Shown piece after piece: positions 54,271 to 64,000 of a stretch of 64,000 bases of DNA. The stretch's first letter is position 1, and every line of letters begins with the position of its first letter. The position numbers and the translations under genes were made by a program. The notes under the pieces were generated by a model. It did no database searches, had not been told where the DNA came from, and worked only from the letters and a program-made list of their open reading frames with translations. This DNA is from Lingula anatina (lineage: Eukaryota > Animalia > Brachiopoda): the NCBI GenBank assembly GCA_051362555.1, contig CM120647.1, positions 9,176,001-9,240,000 of the forward strand, given 5' to 3'.

Positions 54271-57111
54271 CGCACATGTTTCTGCATGATGTACGTATGC
54301 ATGAGAGTGGGAGCTCCTCCTGCATCATGGTTCATATTCTACCATTTCAACACTTTGACTCACAAAATGGCCAACTGAAAGCCCAGGGTATAGTAGTACC
54401 ACAACCAATTCTAAAACACATATTACTTCTTGCCAAGCAAATTTGTTTTTCATCATCTGGAGGACTGTAATCCCCTAGAGATTTGATTGTACAAGACGAG
54501 TCTCTGTTATTTTATTCCCACCCAATTAGATCCCTGTATGTGATTATTCAAGGGATTCTCAGATTTCAGGGAATTTTGTTCTGTTCCCAGTATTTCCCTG
54601 ACGTCCAACACAGGTTGTGAGTCTTATGTGATCCTAATTGCTTCCTTGAATTTCTTGCCAGGGAGGGCTTTCAGAATTGATTTGACCAAAAGAATGTTTT
54701 ACGACGAGTGTATGTTGGTGGACAAAAGACTAGTGTACGAGTTAAATCTGTACAATGTGGAATTACAGGGAGATTACGGATCTAAAGGTTATTGCAAGAG
54801 AGTCTTTTTTTGTAGAGGACAAAGTGTGGATTATTGCAGTCACTTCCAGTGTTTGAAGTGTAAAGAAGTGAGTAAATATAAGTGATCCAGGTGTTTGAGA
54901 TTGCAGGGCTGTTATTGCAAGCAAGCCAGGCATTTGAGATTGTGAAGCAGAAATTGCAGTCAAGCCTAGTGTTTGGGATTGCAAGGCTGAAGGTGATTGC
55001 AATCGAGCCTGGAGTTTAGGATTGCAAAGCTGAAGGTGATTGCAATCAAACCTGGAGTTTGGGATTGCAAAGCTGAAGATAATTGCAATCAAGCTTGGAG
55101 TTTAAGATTGCAAAGCTGAAGAAATATTGCAATCAAACCTGGAGTGTGGGATTGAAAAGTTGAAGGTATTTGCAATCAAGCCCAGTTTTAAGGATCAGGG
55201 AGTATTCCCAGAGTCTGTACTCCCTGAGACTTTAGATTAGAGCTAAACATGATTTCTGTTAAATGCAGCACTGAAATCTACTTTCATATTCATCATTTTC
55301 CATAATCCTACCAATTAAGTGTGTATGGCAAAGCATAGGTTAATATATGAAATCTGATCATTTCCGTTGCTGGTAACTATGAAGGGTGATTCCCAGTGGT
55401 CAGCACTAGATCATATACGGCAGCGGGACGGAAGTGACTAATCCAACATGGCGGCCCCCAGCGCCGCCGCAATCGGCAATCCTCGGCTCATTCCGCAAGC
55501 TCCATACTAACCATACTTATTGTCGAGTGCGGAGACATCCGAGTAGTTCCGAGTGGCGCCGCCGAGACATTTATAGGATGTAGTTTTACAGCAAAATATC
55601 TAGGAAAATATACATGTATGCTATATCCCTAGGGATTCTTTATTGATACACCTTCACAAATAAGGTACAATCAAAGACAGTACATCTAACTATAGCAGAG
55701 TACAAATAAGTAAATGAATAAATATACATGATTTTGATGCGATATAGATGAATACGTGTTTAAAAATGGGCCAAAGTACAATCATAGAGGTGAAACAGAC
55801 AACTCCAGCTACAGATACGTAAATTTGCAGGACGTGGAAACGCATTTAGACCCAATTAGATAAAATTAATGTATAATAATACTAATAAATGAGTTTATAA
55901 AGTGATATATATAAAATGTGTAATGATAATCTACAGGCGATAAGAGAGGGTTTGTTCCCTTTGTTGGAAGCATCTATTTACAAAACGCATAACCATTCTA
56001 AGAATATTTAAGTCTTGAGCACCCATAAGAAAATTATACAGTTCATTAAAGCTGAAGTCGCCTAGGGGTAGGAACTCTGACAGCTGCCCTCTGAAGGGAT
56101 CACGTATTGAATCATATGCTTTGCACTCTAGCAGGAGGTGGAACTCATCTACTTTATTCAAATCGCAAAGTTTACAAAATCCCAGGTATAATACGATTAA
56201 AAAATAAAAAGATAAATTTAAAAGTAAATAAAAATTATGTGCTATATTCCTAGTTATTATACGATTAAAAAAAAAAACAATTGAACTGTGTTTTGATCGG
56301 CACTACAACCAAGGAGTTATAACTCCTTGCTACAACATTCGACTATCAGCCTTAGCATCTAGTCGCTAGGGACCGCCATGTTGGATTACTCACTTCCGTC
56401 CCGCTGCCGTATATGATCTAGTGCTGACCGATTCCCAGTGCCTAGTATACTGGAAATTGACGTTTCCATCCTCCAGAGATGTGAGAGCACAGAGCGAATG
56501 GGTTTGCAGCAAAGCGCCGATTGCTAATTGCTAATTTAGGCACCTGTTGAACTTGTTTCTAGAAGAAAACCTAATCTGGTTGTAAACTAATACCAAGCTA
56601 TCAGTAAACTATCTGCTTAACCTGTGACATTAACCATAGTGCTGTATATGTAATTCCCAGTCTGACGTGTATTTGATGTGACATGTTTAGCTCATGTTGC
56701 CATGGTGATGATATAAGCATTGGGGGATTCACACAACGGACTTGATGAGACTGAAATGTTAATCCAGGGTTTCAGCAGGTTTTTTGGTATCGGTTCATTA
56801 TAGGTACTGTGTGGACTGTGATTATGAAAAGGCAAACTAAAAATTTGTAAGATTATAGATTTTCTGGCAAATGAGCTGAAATGGAAAAAGCATTGGGCTT
56901 AAAAAACAGGATCTGAAAATGATGTTTTATAGTCCATTTTGTGTTGATTTTTTTTCGTGACATAACACAAGTTGTTGTGCTGTAATGCAGTTCATAGCTG
57001 CCTCTGTAAATGTCAACCATCTTGAAATATTTTTGATGAAATTGAAGGTGAACTTGCTGAAATTTTCCATTTGAATGCATGTTGTATGATATTGGTTCTG
57101 ATGGTGGAGGT

Positions 57112-57184
<73 letters not shown>

Positions 57185-60100
57185 TAAGATGAAGAAGTAG
57201 AGCCCTCCAAATTAACCTATAAATACCTAATAAAGCTATAAAAAAATTTGATGCTCTTTAGAAATAAACAGCAATAAGGAAAAGATTCACAATTGATGCA
57301 ATCAGTTTGAATGCTGTGACTTTTAAGCTTCTCTGCAGCATACCATATTGTAATTAGCCAATTTATTGTTAACCCCATAGGATCCAGTTAATGCTGACCC
57401 ATAAAGCTCTGCTGTGCCCAATTAATTCTGTGAGCTAGCCTTGAAAAGCCGGGTCACCTCAGTAAATTGGTCATAATTTATTTGTTTGCCTTTATTACCC
57501 ATACAAAGTATACATTTTAAAAAAGCCAATATTTCAGGCTAAATGGAAATAGAATTACATTTAAATTTAACATGCAGTATCAAAAGTTATAGCCGGTTAA
57601 AAACTACATTTTCATTTGGTAATGGGTAAAATAAAACAAAGTTGATTTATCTGATGCACATCAATTTTTTATTTCTACATACATTTGCCTGAAAATTCAC
57701 AGGGATGATGTCAATTATAGTAACTTTCAATCCAGGAAATTTCAGCAATTTATCTCTATCAATTTTCAAGTTATGATCGTTTTGCTATCAGGTATACCAG
57801 CTTTTCAGCTCACCTGAACATCGTGGCCAGAGCTGAATAGAAGTCAAATTTTTACACCATCTATGACAAAAACATCTTTAAAACTTATATCATGAATAAA
57901 GGAATATCATCCCCACTGTATATATCACTGTCACTCGAAAACACCTTATCAGTGTCGTAGTTTTCAATCATTTCAATAACAGTATTCATTCGCAGGCCCC
58001 TTCCGTAGTGAGAAGTCGCCATTTTGATTTTACTTTCACCAGCTAGGTCTAGAAAATCGCCGATTTCTCGCTCATATATATTTCTATCGTCCTTTATATC
58101 ATAAATAAATGAATATCAACGCCACTGTCTATGTTACTGTCACACGAAAACTTCTCTTCAAAGTCCGGATTTTCAATCATTTCAATAACAGTATCCCTTC
58201 GCAGGTCCCTACCGTAGCGAGGAGCCGCCATCTTGATTTTACTTTCTCCAACTAAGTCTTGAAAATCGCCGTTTTCTCGCTCATATATATTTCTATCGCC
58301 TTTAAAAATGGTGGCAATGAGAGACAAGAAACATACCCGGATGTTAAACTATATATCATTTCATGACTCACGATTCAAAAGAGTACAGAAGACGATCTTT
58401 CCAAGATACGCACATATGCGGTTCTGGGCGTTTGGGGTAAGCGATAATTGAACCGCACATATGCGGTGACGGGCTCTATGGGGTTAAATCAAGTTTTTAT
58501 ATGCAGATTTAAAGCAGAGCGAAAGGCAGGACCTTTTCCTGCCTAAGTTCCCTCCTTTATCAACTCCTCCCCCCCCCTCATTTCGACAAGCAAAATCATG
58601 TATCCACAAAATGATCTATGACCCCATTCCCACAGATTAGATCGATCCAACTAGATTGACATAACTCCCTGGGAGTTCGCTCTAAATAGCTGTCAGCCGA
58701 GCGGGCACAAAAGTTAATTACCCCCTTACAGCTTGTAGTAGGCGGATTATCTGATTATCTAGTGAGACTCCCCACGAGGATAGATCTATCTAAAATCTAT
58801 GGGAATGCACCCTGAATCTCCAATTGCGCTTCCATTGGTGAGGGATAATATCTGGCATTGAAACGAATGCGCTTTAGTGTTCATAGTCACTTCTATAGTC
58901 GCTTTGATTTACAATTGCTCCTTTGCTGAGAACAAAAAAAAAAAAAAGTTGCTGTTGTGATTGAAATGACCTTCAGAAGAGGGATCATAGATGCTGTAGA
59001 CCAATGTTGGTATTCTATTAACGTTGTGAATGTGTTGTATAGGAGGCATGTTGAGGCCTGTAAGGAAAATATATGTTTCTGCTCTTCAGCCAATGTTTTT
59101 GTGCAGGTTAGGGAAGTGAATAGTTAAATGGTTAATTTCTTTTTTGATGTAGAATTTTTACAGAGAATATTTTTCAGTGAAGATTTGTTTAATTAAGAAA
59201 AATACAAAAAGGGGGTGATTATTATTATTTTTAATTAATTAATTTTTTGGGGGTGAGAATGGAGAAATGGATATTGGGCAAGAAGAAACAAACCTATTCT
59301 TTGCAATGTTCTGAAGGTTTTCTGTTTTCTCATAGCAGCTGGGAAGCTGTGTGAAGTTATCATGTTGAACATTCCGAAGAATTTTCTCAGAGTGCTCTGT
59401 CATTCCTTTTCATGCATTTCCCAGAAATAACTAATAGTGAAAGCAATGATCTACAATATGGTGGCTTGTTCAAGTTTTTTCCATGTTCTGGAAAGCTTTG
59501 CCAGTGGTAAAAAATGACCACTTAACAGACCACTTAACAAATGCCCACTGTTACCAATTTGTCATCGGTTTCAGTAGATCGGTGTCTTCCGTCTGATAAT
59601 CTGTCTGTTTGCCCATCCATTCAATCATTCACTCCTCTCCCTCATTCACTCACTCACTAATTTTATCAAGGATGATATTTTCCTCACTATTGGTGGATTT
59701 TGCGATTTTTTGGGAAGTGTTTGTGCTTACAACATTAATGAGATATTTTCTGACTAAAGGCAAATTTCTGGCTTTTTGGGAACCAAAAAGCCCCATCCCT
59801 GTTTATTAATTGGTTGATGCTTTCATTCATTTTCATTAGTAATCAATCAATCAATCAATCAATTAGTCAATTGATCATTTAATTAACTTATATATATCTT
59901 CCCTTGATAACTCAATTAATGTTTTAAATTAAATTAAATTATTTATTTATTTATTAATTTATTAATTAATTAATTAATTTATTTATTTATTTATTTTCCC
60001 ATTCCAGATCCACATCCCTAGATGATCCCCCAGCTGTCCCTGCCGCACAACACAGCAGTAGCTATATCAGCGAGCTGGCGCAGCTCATCTCAGCTTCCAT

Positions 60101-60883
60101 ATCGGACATGAGTACTGTCACATTTAAGCCAGAGAAGCGTGCAATACTTCAAGAAACGGTCAAGGAGATTAACAGGATCAAAAGAGGTAAGTTGATTGGA
60201 GTACGATGTGCTGTGGACTCCCATGTGTTGTAAGTATGATGTTGGTTATGTTGGCAAGATGGCGGAATTTTGAGAAGAATTGTGTGAGGATGGACAGGAT
60301 TTTAAAAACAGGCTTAAGTGGATTGCAACAATCTGTGCTTTTGCCATAGTCCAGTGCTACTTCAATTTCACGAAAAATAAAACGAAAATATGAACAAAAG
60401 TTTTCCTTGAATGGCAAACATGGGAAAATGGCCTATTCAGCTGGTCATTACCGCTTGAGATGGACCCGCAATATTTTTAGATATTGCAGGTGCTTTTGGC
60501 TGGCAAGGTTTATGTGAAAATGCAAGGCAATTAGTAACTTGTGGTAAGAACCGATCTATGTTACAAGTTTTAAACTGTTTGACTGTGGGTTTAATCCTAC
60601 GACATGTATAACCACCAGAGAACAAGCTGTGGTTTCAGGGTTAGAAGGTCAGGCTGTGGGAACCCCCGCATCAACACATTAAAAGATTCTCAAGGTCGGA
60701 TTGTTTTCCTGTATGGAGCCACCTAACTTGAGTTGATTTTACAGAGTTAAAGTGGAAACAGCTTATTGTTATGAGATGACATTGGAGAAAAAAAAACAGG
60801 AACGGATTAAAGACAGTATTACCTTGTTGTTTGATAGAATTTTGGAATTGGGTCTGATAATTAATGATAATAATAATAATGGT

Positions 60884-60919
<36 letters not shown>

Positions 60920-62071
60920 TTTAAAAAATAAATTTAGCTCTAAAATAATAGGACAGATAAAAGGCACTGTGTCTGAAGCTTGCTCCCAGTGGAAAAAAAA
61001 ATTAAGAGAAGCACAGATGACTGGCTACTGCACCTCTAAGGGTGCTTTCCCAGAGATTTAGATCGATCTAAGGATTAAGTTTTAGATCGACCTAACTCCC
61101 TGGGGGTTCAGGCTAAATTGCAGTCAGCCGAGCAGACACCATAGTTAATTACCACCTTACAGCTTTTAGTAGGCGAGACAGACGCTTAAGCTGGCCAAGC
61201 TGACAGTAATCTAGTGAGACTCCCCACAGGGATAGATCGATTACGGACATCTCGCTGTGTACAGATTTCTCTTTCAGAACTTATCATGGAGCAGTTGGGC
61301 CCCTGGGCCCATGGTATGTCGGTACGCATTTCACAATCTGTTACGCTCCGCTCTTTTACTCCTTTTCATAAAATTGTTAGGGTGACTCCCGTTAACGCCC
61401 AACATAAATACATAATTATTAAACATAGCAAATAATTTTACTTTTCAAATATATTGAATTCATAAAAAAATTTATGGAAGTGGGGTGTATAACCCCTTTG
61501 TCAGAATAAGGGAATCATATTTTGGGGTTCTGTTTTGTTTCTTGCGTACTTAATACTAATGTTTATGATGAAAACTGTATAGTAAAATAGATCAAAAAAG
61601 GAGGCCTATGAGAAAGGGAGTGGGAAGGGTTTATGTAGTATGGATGATCTGCCGTCTGTCTAGGTCACTCTTCATTGTATGTTAATATCAACAATCCAAA
61701 GTAACTTGACTTTCCCTTAAAAGGTTTCAAATTGCTTGTTAGAAATCTCAATTTATGATATTTATTTGATGCCAAAAATCTCTATTTAAAATTTTTGCTT
61801 CTTTTTAAAGTACATTGTTTACATTTTTTTCAGAATTGACAAATTTGCCCAAAAGGTTTAAAATTGCATGTCAGAAATCTCTTTTCATGTTATTTGTTTG
61901 ATGTCAAAAATCTGTTTTTACAATTTTTGCCATTTTTTAGAGTTCATTCTGAACTAATTTTCTTTTTCAGAATCGACAAATCGCCCAAACGAGGCTGTAC
62001 AACAGAGCGACGTGTCATCAAGCAAGCCGACGATTCTGGCCAATGAGGTACTAGGACCACTGCTGCTGGAG
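33348..62071 (+). CDS. NCOA: NCOA/SRC/Taiman-family bHLH-PAS nuclear receptor coactivator, 5' partial (3 coding exons; continues beyond the window)
   Basis: Exon 33325-33418 (ATG at 33348, [24 protein letters not shown], phase 2). Exon 60008-60186 (..[41 protein letters not shown], phase 1). Exon 61971-62071 (..[25 protein letters not shown], phase 0). These match the p160 HLH (YIEELAELI..KPDKCAIL.ETV) and pre-PAS (VQ.SDVSS..LGP.LLE) signatures. The link to the 33.3-kb exon is inferred from splice sites and phase. Confidence 0.85.
33428..33530. repeat. Short degenerate tandem repeat (gtcacc..tgtcaactgt) just inside the intron
   Basis: gtcacc/tgtcaa motifs recur at roughly 15-30 bp spacing. 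Confidence 0.5.
34001..34246. mobile_element. MITE with long imperfect TIRs (GATCGATC-containing)
   Basis: gggcccatttccagtgaaactatcaatctctatagatcgatccaactctgt versus acagagttggatcgatctatgtagagtgatagttacattgggaatgtgccc. Confidence 0.75.
37257..37408. mobile_element. MITE (~150 bp hairpin)
   Basis: gggccctttaactcaaaagcatggcgcattgcgaccaa versus ttggtcgcaatgcgcgatgctttcaagttacagggccc. Confidence 0.8.
38100..38271. mobile_element. MITE
   Basis: ctggggtggcactagca / tgttagtgctaccccag TIRs. Partial copy at ~29895-29995. Confidence 0.7.
38717..38970. mobile_element. Diverged MITE family A copy
   Basis: ttccca..tagatcgatct ... ctgggaatgg, with family core similar to the 32021 copy in reverse orientation. 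Confidence 0.6.
43576..44335 (+). pseudogene. THAP-domain transposase N-terminus, disrupted
   Basis: CFVPVC..FPKD..W..VCSAHF..PTIF THAP signature. Then a frameshift, stops, a coiled-coil segment, a 45-nt poly(A) run, and the [16 protein letters not shown] motif typical of THAP-DDE transposases. No DDE domain is left. Confidence 0.8.
44640..45448 (-). pseudogene. SAP-domain accessory gene relic (YqaJ/SWIM-type partner expected for ISL2EU)
   Basis: [38 protein letters not shown] (SAP-like) ends at donor AG|GTATGT. Decayed downstream pieces LDPDG and WTKSLKGMP. Confidence 0.6.
45797..45980. repeat. Tandem duplication, period ~98 bp
   Basis: ttacaa.gaggaaaaaagatacggca..gtgacatgttttctgttattatcacgcatcctt occurs at 45797 and 45895. 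Confidence 0.9.
46474..46606. repeat. Minisatellite, 47-bp unit x3
   Basis: tttagacccgattt.agtcaccagtgt at 46474, 46521 and 46568. Confidence 0.9.
49149..49322. mobile_element. MITE, inverted copy of the 8135-8307 family
   Basis: caggggcagatc...gtccacccctg, with internal reverse-complement similarity to 8135-8307. Confidence 0.8.
50829..52482. mobile_element. Kolobok-like non-autonomous transposon
   Basis: TTAA|AGG...CCT|TTAA ends with partial TIR (AGG n6 TTCATG). Inverted subterminal motif gtcacgtggt..tgacgacaatc (~50997) / gattgtcgtca..accacgtgac (~52276). Confidence 0.55.
52789..53050. repeat. Minisatellite, ~30-bp unit (aaaaaatgtcaagaacatatgatattg), about 9 copies
   Basis: Directly visible tandem units. 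Confidence 0.85.
54885..55185. repeat. Minisatellite, ~43-bp unit (gattgcaaagctgaaggtgattgcaatcaagcctggagtttgg)
   Basis: attgcaaagc at 55021 and 55064. Copies degrade toward the left. Confidence 0.85.
55398..56429. mobile_element. Mutator-like non-autonomous element with ~57-bp TIRs and a 10-bp TSD
   Basis: TIR ggtcagcactagatcatatacggcagcgggacggaagtga.taatccaacatggcgg. GATTCCCAGT is duplicated at 55388-55397 and 56430-56439. Confidence 0.88.
55634..56180 (-). mobile_element. 5'-truncated non-LTR retrotransposon (LINE) 3' end
   Basis: [21 protein letters not shown] is the C-terminal CCHC motif of LINE ORF2. Stop at 55931, then a 3' UTR ending near AATAAA (tttatt at ~55639). Confidence 0.8.
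57373..58483. mobile_element. piggyBac-like non-autonomous element
   Basis: TTAA|CCCCATAG ... CTATGGGG|TTAA. Two subterminal cgcacatatgcgg palindromic repeats. Internal ~137-bp duplication (57961 and 58170). Confidence 0.65.
58625..58807. mobile_element. MITE family A copy
   Basis: cattcccacagattagatcgatc ... tctatgggaatg. Confidence 0.85.
61047..61240. mobile_element. MITE family A copy
   Basis: ttcccagagatttagatcgatct ... gagactccccacagggatagatcga. Confidence 0.8.
61719..61989 (+). repeat. Diverged tandem duplication (~132 bp) spanning an NCOA splice acceptor
   Basis: aaaaggttt.aaattgc.tgt.agaaatctc at 61719 and 61851. ttttcag|aat.gacaaat occurs at 61833 and 61970. Confidence 0.8.
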
Positions 62072-63220
62072 GTAGGTATTTAACTGTCCACCCCCCCCCC
62101 CCCACCCCCACCCCACCTCCAGTGGGAGCTCACAGTATGGTAATGACTTGATCTTCTCAATGGCGAAAAATGATGAATTTTACAGATACTGTATTTTTTT
62201 AAGTCCTAAATTCTTAAAATTAGAACATTCTTTTTGAGTGATAGCAACAAAATTGATAAACAGGCTACCTTATAGTTCTATTGTATACAGAAAAAGCACC
62301 ACAGATGCTACACAGAAATGTATCTTTAATGTTTTTAAAATTATGTATCTGAAAAAAAGTCAAATTTTTTTCTCATTGAAAAGATCAAGTCATTACCATA
62401 GTCCTTCCTCTGCACAGCTCGATTACATCATTTGCCATGAGTTGATCTGGTCTGCTTGGACTGTGAATCTTTTAAATCAATTTTACATGTGTTGACATGT
62501 TTTAGACTTTCTCCGGTTCAGATTGAGGGCTGTGTGTGAATGCGCCGTGGATGTAGCAATATTATCACCATAAAGTGATCATGTTACACAGGAGGCACAC
62601 AATAACAGGAAAACCTTCATTTCCTCGCCATGGCAACATAAAATAGATAGAAAAAGTAGTTTTCGAGCTGTAAGAAGCTCGAGTATGATTTCTGCTCATT
62701 TGCGTGGGTAGTTGAAGTGTTCTTATGATTACAGAGACACAAATCACTGTTTTGAAGGATGTTCTTCCATTTTCCACGTATACTTACTACGTTTGCTGTC
62801 ATTAGCATTCTCGTTTGTAAACACATATAGTCGTGAAAGAAGGAGTATGCTTTTGTTGAGAAAATCATTGTTCTTATCTGTTTCTCAAGGAGTTTTGTCA
62901 TATATACCTCGGATGTTTTCGGCTGTGTGGGCAGAAGCTTGATGGCATCTTAGACTAAAAGATGGAGAATGAATCATATGATGGTCTGTCCGAGCTTTAC
63001 ATAAACTGGACTTTATTCTCTATGAGTTTTAGCCTTATTTTATAATAGGTGTTCACAAATGACAAATAAATGACCATAATAATGGCATTTTATCAATGTG
63101 AATGTTGCCAGGTGAAAAGTAGTTGCTTTGATTACATCATGCAGAGAAATACACAAAGTCTGTTGGCTTGAGCAACGCCGAGTTTTCCATTCTCTGGTTT
63201 GTCAGTTAAACTCTACGTCC

Positions 63221-63263
<43 letters not shown>

Positions 63264-64000
63264 CCCCCCCCCCCAAAGAGGGATGTTAATCAAAGCATGA
63301 GCTGTTCACACCCAAACAAAGTTTATTTTTCTTTTCTACTTTTCCTTTTTTTATCATAAGGAAACTGACTTTCCTTTTACTTTATGCTTTGCCCTTGTGT
63401 TATGGAATTTATATCAGTGAATTGGAATTCAAGTAGCTGTAAAGTACCCAGTGAAACTCCTCGATGTGAACATGCTCATCGTCTTTTAATCTGTCGCTGG
63501 CATGATCAAATTGTCTGGCGTTTCTCAGACTGTGCTGTCATTTGAATTGTTGTCGTAACCAAAGAAGCCTGGTAAATTGTGGACTTACTCGCACATGTCA
63601 TAAGAGAAACACAACAAGAATAATAAACTGTGTAGTTTCTGACGTCAGGCGCGTTCAGACCTGGTCAAATAGAAACTGTTGATTTTTTTTTCTGATCTTA
63701 CCAGTGCGGTTTGCCCTTTTATTTTCAGTAGAAGAAATAAATACTAAGTTTGTTTGTGTGGGGTCCCTTTTACAGTCCATGTGTGGTATGTCTGCTGGTG
63801 AAAGCTGGACCGTCTTCGGCTTGAATTTGGTCTCTTTTGAATGCACCTGCAATCCAGCAATGAAGAAACACTGAATAAGATGCGCCACTGACTGCACATT
63901 CTAGAAAATAAGGGTTGCTGGGTTACATAGGCTTCTCTTGATGGATTTTTACTGCAGAGAAAATCTATACTGGCTGTTCAGACGCATGCATGCATGTATG

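Overview
AT-rich, microsatellite- and MITE-rich animal DNA. It looks invertebrate (possibly lophotrochozoan), but the species cannot be determined from sequence alone. I assembled three spliced protein-coding genes by hand; the ORF track shows only fragments of them. (1) A 5-exon secreted lipocalin/ApoD-like gene (minus, 10053-6265) with one GC-AG intron. (2) Head-to-head with it, a complete 10-exon PRDM9-type gene (plus, 10999-15506; ancestral KRAB + SSXRD + zinc knuckle + PR/SET + 8 C2H2 fingers). (3) The 5' part of an NCOA/SRC/Taiman bHLH-PAS coactivator (plus, coding exons at 33348, 60008 and 61971), whose bHLH basic region has been replaced by uncharged residues. The first 3 kb is a hierarchical tandem array of 52-bp subunits inside 250-580 bp units. 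Read on the minus strand it resolves into repeated exon + short-intron modules with canonical splice signals, downstream of a unique candidate first exon. The rest is intronic or intergenic, with many non-autonomous DNA transposons (ISL2EU-like THAP/SAP relic, MULE-like element holding a LINE fragment, piggyBac-, Kolobok- and Helentron/DINE-like elements, several MITE families). All family assignments come from motif recognition, not database searches.
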